Below are positions 15,101 through 26,373 of a DNA stretch of 64,000 bases, piece after piece (position 1 is the first letter of the stretch; every line of letters begins with the position of its first letter). The position numbers and the translations under genes are program-made. The stretch spans positions 7,936,001 to 8,000,000 of the forward strand of contig NC_134025.1 of assembly GCF_964204645.1 (NCBI RefSeq). Reading direction: 5' to 3'. Under the pieces are notes generated by a model, which was given only the letters and a program-made list of their open reading frames with translations, ran no database searches and was not told the origin of the DNA. Source of the stretch: Tubulanus polymorphus (Eukaryota > Animalia > Nemertea).

Positions 15101-18100
15101 CCAATATGACCGCAACGGTGGTGATCGTGAATTTCTGGTTAATGCACTGGAGCCTATGAATTGGAAGGGCATTTTTGGATCTCGGTTTTTCGGATGGATT
15201 AGGAAGCGCTCCAACCCTGTCATTGATCTATGTCCAATACAGCAGCAATCTCGAATTTCTTGTCAGCGCGATCGTGCTAATAGGGAATTTTAGATCTGCA
15301 CATCCCGGGAGTTAGCCACATGCTAGTTTAGTTTTGATATTGATACGCGGAACATTCCGTGCGAGAGTAGAATTCATCGATAGTAAGTGTTGGATGCAAG
15401 AAATGTGGAAGGAAAATGCGAAACAAATGTGGTGGTCCAGAATGTAGATGATATTGATGTACTTACTCTATTCAAAGAGCAACGCATTCGCCGGATTTGT
15501 ACGGAGAAAAGACATTCGAAATAATTGTAAACCCAAGTATAGTTGGTTTCATCAAATGATTTTGTCACGAAGAAGATTGTCTACGATGTAAGTGTCACAT
15601 ATGCATATAACATTACGACGAAAACTAGTTGTAATGATATACGCACGTTGCTACAGGTTCCAATATACAGTACTGTGCCGTATCAGCCGAGTCCACGTGG
15701 AATTTCAGGCAGGCTTTTAGCGAAGAGTTCTTTTGATGAGCCAATGAACAACCAGGACTGAGAGAGACGGAGAGAGTAGAGCAACAAACAGTCCAGTTCT
15801 CAAATGAGCCTTCGTATTTACATGAGTGTTATGCTTGACGTAGAATTCCTGAATTTTTCTCCTCACACAAAATCCGAACAAACCTATCCACCACCTACCT
15901 TGCACCAGCACAATCATCGTCGATTTTATATCATATATCTATCGTGTTCATTTGAAGTTCTCTCTGAAATATGTTAGTAGAAATTAGTTTTTAAGCACAA
16001 ACGCAATCTAGAAAACTGCAAGATTCCACAGTAACGAACGAATTTATAAAAAAATACCACGAAACGCATGGGCATGGATATTTTCAGTAGTGAATGTTTG
16101 CTTTCAGGATGAATCACAACGCTATCGAATGACATTTTGATACAAAGTGTTTTTTCACTTATACTGTATATTATAGGATTGAGATGTTGTTTTAATTTTG
16201 GAATGGTTGAAAGGTCCACCAGCATATACACATATATTTGTAATATTCTTCTTTTTATTCTATCTGCACATATCCTATAAAATGTAACTGTTTGTCGATA
16301 GATTTCGAAAGAATCTATCTGTTAATGTATATGATACGTAGTTAAGATAGATGTTTATTTCAAATATTTTTGATATTTCATTATATCTGCACATTTTATT
16401 CATTATAACTTTGAATTGAATTTGGTCAGGATAAATCGAGTAGATTCGTCAGTAACAAAGATTTTTCCGGCGGAATTAACTTTATATTAGTTATGTTTTG
16501 TCGCGCTTGTGCCTATATCAGAACTTTCGTCACTACTCTACCTAGCGATATGTATACTTAATTTCTTACCTACTTCAAAGCTTCACCTATTTTCGTTTTA
16601 TCACCGAGAGATTATTTCAATGGATGGTGATACGTATCTAACGTTTTTTTGACAGTTTTGGATTATTTATTTTTGTCCAATCGAAAGAAATCATATTTTC
16701 CTTAGCGTGTATTGCATCTATTCTAACTATTTTCAATACAAATGCACGAAGTTTTAGGTTTATACAAACCTTTTATCGAGCACTGCAAATATTTGATTTA
16801 TTTTATCAAAATAAGCCGATTTTCCAACCGATCTCACTTTTCCTGGTTGAATCATTTGAATCTAAATGCTTTAGGTCGAGAAGTGTTTCACGAAACAAAC
16901 CTGGTACTTGGCACACAATAGTTATCGATGCTAATATTTGGAAAATCGGCTCTTAGTGAACATTTGTTTAACTGTTAAAATGAAATTCATGGACTCGTCT
17001 AATAGATTATGGTACAAAATCCCAAAGAGTCGTCGTTTGAGAGATTCGGCTGGATCGTTCTGTATCATGTATCGTTCTTCATCTTCATCACAACAATCGG
17101 TTTGAACATCATCTTCGGTATCATCGTGGATACCTTCTCAGAGCTGAGAGATCTCAAGGTAATAACAAAATTGATAAATGGATAATTCTGGTTGATTTAC
17201 CGAAGCACGTGTGCTTATAAGGGCATCTTTTGATTTTTCAATATTTAGTGGACCGCAGAATCTGACATGAGAGACACGTGTTTCATATGCAGTCGTAATA
17301 GCTACGACTTTGAACACCACGGTGCCGTAAGTACAATCATGAAAATAAAGGTAGCAAAAACGGAAATACACTAATCCTTAATCATCGCTAATCAAAAGCT
17401 ATTTTCAGATGTGTGAGTAGGTACGCTTTGACGTCACTGTTCATCGAGAAATTGAACTATCATTTTGCTTGTGCATGTACACTAAATAAGGTTTTCGAAT
17501 CAGGTTTCTTGTTTATCCAGGGCTTCGAATCTCACGTGCGAAATGAACACAATATGTGGTCGTATATATTCTTCTTCATTCATCTCGATGACACGAAACA
17601 TAATGACTACACGGCGCTCGAACTCCATGTTTACCAACTGGTACGTGATGCCTTCATACAACATACCGTCTGTTCACCGTTATTAAGAACAACTACAAAT
17701 GGTCTTTCGGAAAGTTGTCATTGACTCACATTTTGATGACCAAGGCCCGTTTTGCAGTCTGGCTTAAGATTTAATGAGTTAAAACAACACAATACTGATG
17801 AAATGTTCAGTTGTGCTGTGAAACGGATCCCTGATGATAAATATGCAATGTATTCTTTTCAAAAACGTGAGGTGTTCATCGCATTACAACTACCAAACGT
17901 TTTATATTGAATAGTTACAAGAGTTTCTTAATTGTCAATTGATTTTAGGGATCAAACTATCAAATAAGTATTTGAAATTGTTACCACATAATTGTACTTA
18001 ATCAACTAGATTGACGTTCAACGTGGATGTGCCTTTTGAATTTTATCTTTTCAAATAGCTGCAAACTCAGAAGTTTGATTTCTTTCCTCTGAACCGGGCG

Positions 18101-19008
18101 CTATGTTTGTCTGGAAAAGACGACGATTCTACGGAGTCAAAGATTGACGAATTACTTTTGCACGTAACAACCCTTATACAAAGACAGAAAGAAGAGGTAC
18201 TTACGATGAACTTTGAAATATCTATGTGACGTCGCAAATAAAGGAATATTCGAAATATCAAAGACGAAACCTGTATCTAAACCTATCACGTTCATTACAG
18301 GAATCGGAGAAGAAACGTAATGCTGAACGCCTGAAACAGAAACAATGGCAAGAAAGACATCGTAATATGATCAACGGTAGGGGTGGGAAACGGGATGGTG
18401 GAGACGGGCCTGGTGGACCTCCAGGTGCTGGAGGAGCCGGAGCAGTCGTGAGAAGATCTCCAGTCGATGACACAACCGATATGTTACATAAATTACTGGC
18501 GGCCGAAGATTCCCCGTGGACCGAGCCATGCCCTGACGCTTCTTGGCATTCCCGACGTCCATCGTTTAAACGGCCACCGAGCCCGAAAAAGTCGGACAGA
18601 AGATCGATAGCATCGATGGACTCAGGTGACAGCGATTATATAATCGAGGAACCCGACCAGACACCTGCAGATGAAATGGCGGTTGGCCACGCTCTACATT
18701 CTCCACCGCGGTCGCTAAGATCGACGAGAAGTACACCAGAAAAAATGCGGCGACTTAGTCCGTCTCCGCCACACATGAGTCCTCCTCAGTCTCCTCAGTT
18801 GGACCAGCAACCATGGCGGCTAGACGAGGGACCCGCGTCGCCTATACCATCGGAAGAACAGTTTCATTTGATGCAGGAAGAATTCTCTGACGACGAGTCA
18901 TTAGCCGATAGCGACGTAACTGATGCCACTCAAAACGGTGCCACGTCATATGACGTCAGCGTAGCACCTCATGATTTACCTTCTGATACGGCTGAAACCC
19001 ATTTGTAG
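117..19008 (+). CDS. Divergent inositol 1,4,5-trisphosphate receptor / ryanodine receptor-family intracellular Ca2+-release channel, C-terminal part (gene starts left of the window; about 30 exons)
   Basis: In-phase GT-AG exons, approximately 117-236, 2561-2648, 2767-2853, 2943-3047, 3126-3198, 3291-3420, 3523-3662, 3981-4136, 4223-4379, 4462-4559, 4710-4809, 6895-7114, 7196-7330, 7421-7569, 7733-7834, 7919-8002, 8150-8218, 8494-8607, 8789-8899, 11346-11464, 11583-11752, 11835-11972, 12066-12227, 12318-12431, 12538-12661, 12751-12926, 17008-17158, 17249-17326, 17521-17640, 18059-18196, 18301-19008. They encode the RIH-associated region (LQDYLREQPDNVKSFNIVAETVQYL), the TM region (FFAFHLLNIV...VIQAVTQNGKSL), S6 (GLNIIFGIIVDTFSELR), the Zn site (TCFIC...FESHVRNEHNMWSY) and FDFFPLNRALCL followed by a coiled coil. 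Candidate AATAAA near 20506. Confidence 0.93.
16814..16951. mobile_element. Small MITE-like element in a channel-gene intron
   Basis: Perfect 14-bp terminal inverted repeat AGCCGATTTTCCAA ... TTGGAAAATCGGCT; no coding capacity; no clear TSD. Confidence 0.45.
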
Positions 19009-20628
19009 ACATGTTTCCCCATGTAAACATTATTTAATGAGCCCTCTCAGATTTACAGACATCTCGGGCTTCAACACCAAACGTATCAAATAATCTACGA
19101 ACATATGACTATTACAAACGCTGTTGTTAAAGATTAAATTGACCACCGCCCATTATAACTTCCACAATGCGTGGTCCTATAATCTCTTCTATTTTTGAAT
19201 TTTCGTGTCCTTGTAAATATGCTCCACCATCATATATCTATGTCGATTCCTGGTGAAATAGTATCGCTTACAGGATGACCTCGTCATCACCCGGTCTCAC
19301 GTGGTTCATTCGAGTTGAGCTTTCTTTGATTGACGTTCTTTACAATATTGTCACAATATCAGGTGACAACGAGTTCCAGTGATAAGCGCCACGTAAAAAA
19401 AAATCTGCACCGCGTGTTTCTTTAAAAACTTCATATAATATGTGTATAATGAATTTTATCGAGAATTATTACTTGGAGGACGACTTAACCGACTCGTGAA
19501 CCATAAAGCAAATCTCAGGGATCAAGCAACTAGTTAAAGCTTAAAGCGAAAATCCCCGTTTGAAAAATGTATTTCTCTGTGTTTTTAAAAAATCTTTACG
19601 TGGTAAAAAGATAAATCGATTAATATCTGTTTTGGTATGTATGTATACATGCCTGTAATTAACGCAATTATTAATTGTGTCATTTGGATTTGGACAATTT
19701 TAATTTCTATATACTTGTTTAAGCAATATTAAAATCAGCTGTTTCAAGGTAAGCTAAACTTGAAATCCAACTTGTTGAAACAAACAAGACCTTAAAAAGG
19801 CTTTATTTTGAAAACCATAGTTCAACATACGTAATGTATTGTGAATAGAAGTTCCCATCTTGGTGATATCCGGGAATCTTGCAGTCGACTCACCGCAGAG
19901 TATGGAACAGAAGGGGTCTGTAATTTTGCCAGGCGATTGTGACCGATTGAATCTGAATACTTGTATGAAGATTAAGTTTTATCTTGTGCATCGTAGTTTG
20001 AAATGATATCAAGCATATGTATATAAACGCAAATCACTGCAGCCTGTCCTTCAACCGCATTATATAGTATTATATAACTGATATATCAACGATTAGTGCT
20101 TGTCATCTTTTAGCTACCTACGAATCTGCAATTTTCTATCGATGATCTCTTCTAGATACTGCCCTTCAAAGTATTGCCCGTGATGTTAATATTCAAGATT
20201 TTCACTTCTGTATAACTAGTCCCTTGTGTTGTTTTAGCGAGTTTTATCAAATCGTTATTGTGTTAATCTATGAATATACCGTAAAGCGTAAACGTTCTAA
20301 TGTTAGTTGTTTTATGTAGTATAGCCTATTTTCATGTTATCAAACGAAATAACGACATTTTCGGCGAATTGGTTTAAGTTATTTTCAATTCAATTTCCAT
20401 GTAATATTTTGCTTGTTACTCCCAGCCATACTCATGTATAATCTCGTATGAAATCAAAAGTATATCTGTGAATAGAATATATGTATAACTGTTTATATAT
20501 TTTACAATAAAAAAACCAATGTTTATTTCTTACATACATGTCTCAGTCAAATATCTCGTAGGCTCAGTAGAAGGGTTTCAATATTTCCACTTCGCCGCGA
20601 TATTTAATTGGATCAGTTGTAGATTTTA

Positions 20629-20849
20629 AGGCTGAAAAAAAATGATACATTGTTTCTCCTAATCGGTCGGGTTGTAAAATGCAATGAAATAATCTATAGT
20701 AATTTGTAAACAGTTAATTTCTATAGCTGCCGGGTCTATCATGGTAAAATTGATTATGATTTTAAAGGAAGTAATATACAGGGCAGATAGGTGGCTGGCC
20801 GGGTCAACTTTTAAACTAAGGAGAAACAAGGTATCAATTTTTTCAGCCT
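20629..20849. mobile_element. MITE-like non-autonomous DNA transposon
   Basis: About 33-bp imperfect terminal inverted repeats: AGGCTGAAAAAAAATGATACATTGTTTCTCCT at left and AGGAGAAACAAGGTATCAATTTTTTCAGCCT at right; TSD not clean. Confidence 0.6.
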
Positions 20850-21598
20850 ACAAGATGTTTTCTACACCGTAGCGATTCACTTTAGCCTTAAGCCTTAAGG
20901 TCATTCGTGCGCTAGACAAATTCAAGTGGCCCGTTTTCTCACAAGTACAACGTTACAAATCTTAATTAGGGTAGAATTTCTATGCGCCAAAAATTAGCAC
21001 ACTCGTGAGAATTAATTGCTTTACGCTCGAATTTCACCATTAACAAATAATAATGACACGTCGCGTATATGTACTTCGAACCAGTGAACCTTAAATTAAA
21101 TACTAACGATTCTACGCAAAACATATTATAATCCGTTTTATATGTGCGCGGCTTCGTTTATGATATAAATATACTATAAATGGAATGGTTTATTTTCGAT
21201 AGAAATTGCTAACCGTAACCGTAAAGCAAACGGTAATGGGATCAACGCTTACTTTGTAGTTCTTACGAGGGCATCAGTGACATCATACAGTTTATTGGAC
21301 AATAAACCGAATGAGTATTCTATTACCGAATTACTGCAATACCTAAGATTCATTGAAATCATCGCCGCGAAGAGATTTCTATGAGCCTATTTTACAGTAG
21401 AAGAACCCGGAGCGTCGACACATTCAAACAAGCAGTAGTAAATACCTAGCGATTTTTCTCACTCAATCAAGCTATAGTTCATTGTGTGTTACATAGAGAC
21501 AGTCTGTATAAAGGAAGTCTTGTTTAAATCACGTAAGGAATGGCAATTTTTTCATATCGAAGAGATAGTTGTTGGTGGTGATAGCAGAAAAGTAAGCA

Positions 21599-22078
21599 AT
21601 GTCTTTTCACAAACTGGGCTCACGTTGGAGTTCGAGTTTCGGTGATGTGAAAAGGAAAACTCGTTTACGGCTGGACTCTCACTCGGACCATTCGGATGTG
21701 TATCGACCCCAGGCGGCGAATTACGAGCCGACGTACAAGATCAATCCGGACGAAACCAGACGTTTCAAACGAGCGACGGTAGAACGCGCCGTCGAATCGG
21801 TGATGGAAGAACGTCTTAGATCGGTCCAATACAACAGCGATCAGTGCGCGGTATTGTCCAAAGAACTATCAAATACAATCAAGAACACAGTAAAAGCATT
21901 GGATTTGCCACGTTATAAAATCGTAGTGCATGTCGTTTTGGGGCAAAACAGTTCGCAGAGCGTCCAAGTTGCGAGCAGGTGCGTATGGGCAGATTCAACC
22001 GATTCATATGCTTGTGTTTCATATAAAAATGATTCTATCTACGCGACGGTGATGGTGTTTGGTGTTTATTTCGACTAA
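21599..22078 (+). CDS. Tctex1 domain-containing dynein light chain (TCTEX1D/DYNLT4-5-like), intronless CDS, 159 aa
   Basis: YEPTYKINP...F...VERAVESVMEERL...LSNTIKNTVKALDLPRYKIVVHVVLGQ...QSVQVASRCVW...DSYACVSYKNDSIYATVMVFGVYFD is typical of TCTEX1D-type Tctex-1 proteins; AATAAA near 22253. Confidence 0.9.
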   Translation: MSFHKLGSRWSSSFGDVKRKTRLRLDSHSDHSDVYRPQAANYEPTYKINPDETRRFKRATVERAVESVMEERLRSVQYNSDQCAVLSKELSNTIKNTVKALDLPRYKIVVHVVLGQNSSQSVQVASRCVWADSTDSYACVSYKNDSIYATVMVFGVYFD

Positions 22079-22772
22079 GGACACAGCATCAGCCACATCT
22101 CATAATGAAATATACGAGACAGTAATTAGTGAGAATATTGTGATTTATTATGTAGCTAATGAATAATTGTCATACGCCTGATCAGATATCTACCATATAT
22201 ATCTTAATGCATTAGCCATGCTTGACGGTTATTGTCGTCTGCTTTCGTGTTCAATAAATTTTTTCGTCATCACATCATAATCACGTGGATGTAAGAACGA
22301 CGAATGTTTCTTAACTGTTGCATCATTCAGGTTGGTTCTTAATCATTTCTGTCTGATAAGAAAATCATCCTTTTGGCCTTTTGCCTTTCGGCGCTAAGAA
22401 AATTGTTTCATCCGCTTTCTATTATTTCTTGAATAATTTGTTATTCATACATCAACATCGTCATCGAAAATGGATGTATGTATTGAATTTCTAAGATTAT
22501 CTTTTCCCCGATATAAGAAAAACATGAATACGTAAAATCCCATATAACATATCAAAAGAGAATTTCATAATTTTCTAGTTTTATTTCAACGATATTAACA
22601 AACCAAAAATAAATACTACAAACCGCAATATGGGCGACGAATATACTTTCCATACTGACCTTTTACATCCGAATAACTTAATACGGACATTCATTTATGA
22701 TACACATGAAATGATGATGAAAGTTTCTAATTCGTCATCATAAAACTTTTCACAGTTTTTAATCATATTCTT

Positions 22773-25700
22773 TTAAAGTCTAAGAAATTCCCGTGTTGAC
22801 AAACGTGTCGCGTCTGATGGCTGTCCTGCAGCGATTAATTTCACTATGCTATCTTTTCAAAACATCTCCGTGTGCATTCAAGCATTCTCCTACAAGTAAA
22901 GAGTTTTAATCTATACAGAATCTTTTGTTAAAGTTATTACCGTTATTTGGGCAGGATATGCTCTGATTTCGGTTGTCGTGAGTGGAATTTGTTATCATCT
23001 ATCTATGCTTTCCGGATGTGTTGTTCAGTAATGGCTTATCATAGTTTTTTTTGAAGTAGAAAAGTCATTTGTAATGGAAATAAGGAAATGTTTACTCAAT
23101 TGAATCATCAATCACCTAAAATAAGCGCAACTCTGTCCATTTTCTCCAGAATCCATCAAGAAACCCTTTTTAAATTCATTATCAAATCGGCTCTCCACGT
23201 AGTAGATAAACCGAAATATAAGAGATTGATGGCAATCAGGAAAGGCCACGGAAACTTATAATAATGTCTGGCAGAGGCTACAATTTCTTGGAAGGGGCAT
23301 TTTTTGTTAATCCAACTTCAAAAGGAGAGAGGGGGCAAGGAGGGGAGAATATCTTTTATTAATAAGCTACAACATCTAATGGTTTTGTGATCATCGTTTT
23401 TAATCTTCAAAATGATTATCAATAGACTTTCCATAGAAAGATATAACGGAAGAAATTAACTGTAACATAAAAATGGATTTGAGTACTCACAAAAATGTGC
23501 TGGTTAGAGAATATTCGATGATAATATTTTTACCTGTAACCTTGTTGCAGCAGCTAAATGAACAGCATTTCATTTTGCACACGTATCCTTCACCAAAACT
23601 TTGTAGACAATTGTGGTTTGCAGTGCATCTCACAACAAACTCACATCCACACGAAAGGTTGTGATCCCATCTTTTCTTTTTTGCAGGCCTCGCTAGGGAA
23701 TCTAGAAATAAATCAAATGAAATAAAAAAGAAATTTCTTGCTCGTCACCACATCGTATGATAGAAATTATGGATTAAAGATGATGGAGTTTACATCGTGG
23801 ACACGATCCGTTTCGTATTACTAGTCTATTTTAATGAAAGGCAGCAACCAGTCGAGGTTCAGTAATGATTCGCCACTCGATTTAAACTGATCATTTCCTA
23901 GTAAATCTGCAAATCTATCGACAGCTATCATCAAAATCATTGGTTTACTTGTAAACACACTGAGAACCGAGTAGCTTTACGTGTATCACTATTTAAAACA
24001 GGGAACAGGATGGAAGATTTTACAACTCTGCGCAGACGTGAGTACTTAGAATCCAGGCCGCTTTCCGTAAGAACAAGGCCCCCTGGACGCGGAAGAAGTT
24101 CGGTACACATCATTGGATTTAAAAACAAATGTTTCATTGCCAATTCTATCGTTGCATTTTCGTATATCGAACGTATAAATACCGGTAAGTGGCTTCGAGA
24201 GTACGGCACTCACAGTCAAAAAACATAGGTGGCCCGTGTGTAAAACATGTGTCTGGGGCTCAAATGAACTGTATCAGGCACCCTTTGTTCGCAGTTTGTT
24301 TATTTCCGGATACTAATTCATAGATATTATCCGAGCCCCAAAAGAAAGAAGGGCAGGTGCGCACGCCTGGAAGATATGCAGTCTTTGACGAGAAAGCAGC
24401 CATTTATTATCATTGTCAAGCGAGCAATATTTGCTATGCTTTTACGCCGTAAAGCTTTCGCCATGTAGCTCAAAAGTCATAAATATATCTGCAGGCCCAC
24501 GCATTTTATGATATTATTCTTGACGAAATGTTATATTTAGCATTTATGTTTAAGTTCCCCGCACTACTGTGTATCCCTTTTAACGATGTCATGAGTCATC
24601 GAATTCTCTGACACGATATTCTTACATGACCGATGGACAATATCATAATCAAGGTGGGCACTACTAAGAAGCGCATACTTTCTCCATGCAACTTGAATTA
24701 ATTGAAAATTCAAATTCCAATGGAATCTTTTACTTGAGGATAACGCGAACCAGCTACTCAGATTCTGTTACAAGGATGCAGTTTTCTTCGGAAAAGGTCA
24801 CTCCGTACACGGCAAACATTCTCGAACAATTATTACCCCAAAAATAGACGAAATGTTATATTTATATCTAATTATATATATAAGATAACAATTCAATTAA
24901 GGAACGCAGTAAGATGACTCTGAACTACATGTGACACATCAATTTGAACATTTCAATGACATAATATCTCAAGAAAAGAAGAAAAGAAGAAAAGATCTCG
25001 AGAAAAGAAGAAAAGAACTGTAACAAATCATTTGAGGAGACGTGTGTATATATAATTTCCCCATTTCCACCGTCATAAAAAAATATTCTTTAAGGTCATG
25101 ATTTACTAGGTATTCACAGAATCAAAGTAGTAAACCAATTTTCACAAGTGAAATAATTCTTAAAAAAAACGTCGAACACATCGCTGTGTAACTGATGCTG
25201 ATAAAATTGTAGATTTGTAACCGTAAATATGCCAAATAGAATCCAATCAGATGTTCCGAGTTGGTTAATATTTTATTGAGATGGCGAAGATATTTCTAGA
25301 AGCAACAGAAAGGTGTGATAGGAATGCGTATAATGACTTAAACTAACACTTAAAATGGCCCACTAAAAATAATAAATTTGACCCTTACGCCTGGTAACAT
25401 TTTGCCGTGGATACAAAAAATATGCGGCGCGCTAAAAATTGCGCACCAAATCATAAATTAGTTCTACGAAGGAAACGTACGTATTTCAAATCAAAAAGTA
25501 ATTCTTGCGTAATCATAGATCATTGAAAAAGATGAGGCACTTGCCATCTTACTAATGTAATAAAGATGTAATATCATCGCGTATATACATGTTATGTCAT
25601 GACCATCAATCCATAGAAGCGTACCATCAACATAGCTAGTATAAACCGTAAACTTTATTATTTCATAATATGTCCCAAGAGAATCGTTTCACAGGCATTA

Positions 25701-26373
25701 ATGTTATATTCGGCTCTATTCATACGAATATATTAGGAACTTTTAAGTGCTAATTGACTTCGCAATTTCGAATATTTTGTCACTAATGGAAAAATGTGGA
25801 TCCAACCAATATGTTGATACGGAGCTAACCTTAAAACTTTATAGGAAAAGATCTTAACTCGTTAAGTTATAATAAGATGCGTTCATTTGTTATTATGATT
25901 AGAAATTTACATGGTGTAAATTGATATATCGAACGAGTGCGACGATCGCCATCACATCACCTGATGATCCGGTCATTAGCGCGTTCATCATCGATTTCAA
26001 AATCGCGTTTCTTATTTCGAGCGCGAGACATTCAACATTAATGCAATAATGCGGCGGATACAATTTCGTCTCGAAATGAAATGTCAATCAACTCTCAATG
26101 ACGTCGATGCCGTACACGTCTGGGAATGAACTTTAGGCAAGAAGGCTTTATCTACCCCTTCAAAAAATGGCCAGTAACAAACCACCTAAAAATGTTTCCT
26201 GTAGCGTTTAATCGCGAAAACAATAACCCGCCAGAGTGATCGAAATCTTATTTCTAATAATAATCAAATCATATTTTTTCGTATTTTTACAGTAAAATGG
26301 TCAACTCACCTGGTATCATAGTTAATATCACAGGCAAATAAACAGCCATCAGCAGAAGTAATTCGCATTTCAT
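22773..26373 (-). CDS. Secreted cysteine-rich prepropeptide, about 94 aa, family unrecognised
   Basis: Exon 26373-26310 (MKCELLLLMAVYLPVILTMIP, donor GTGAG), exon 23701-23534 (168 nt, phase 1-1: DSLARPAKKKRWDHNLSCGCEFVVRCTANHNCLQSFGEGYVCKMKCCSFSCCNKVT), exon 22825-22773 (GQPSDATRLSTREFLRL*). Phases join in frame; minus-strand AATAAA near 22580. The third exon is less certain because its pyrimidine tract is weak. Confidence 0.72.

Noticed and set aside
24966-25018. AAGAA-rich duplicated tract
   Set aside because: Low-complexity intronic repeat.
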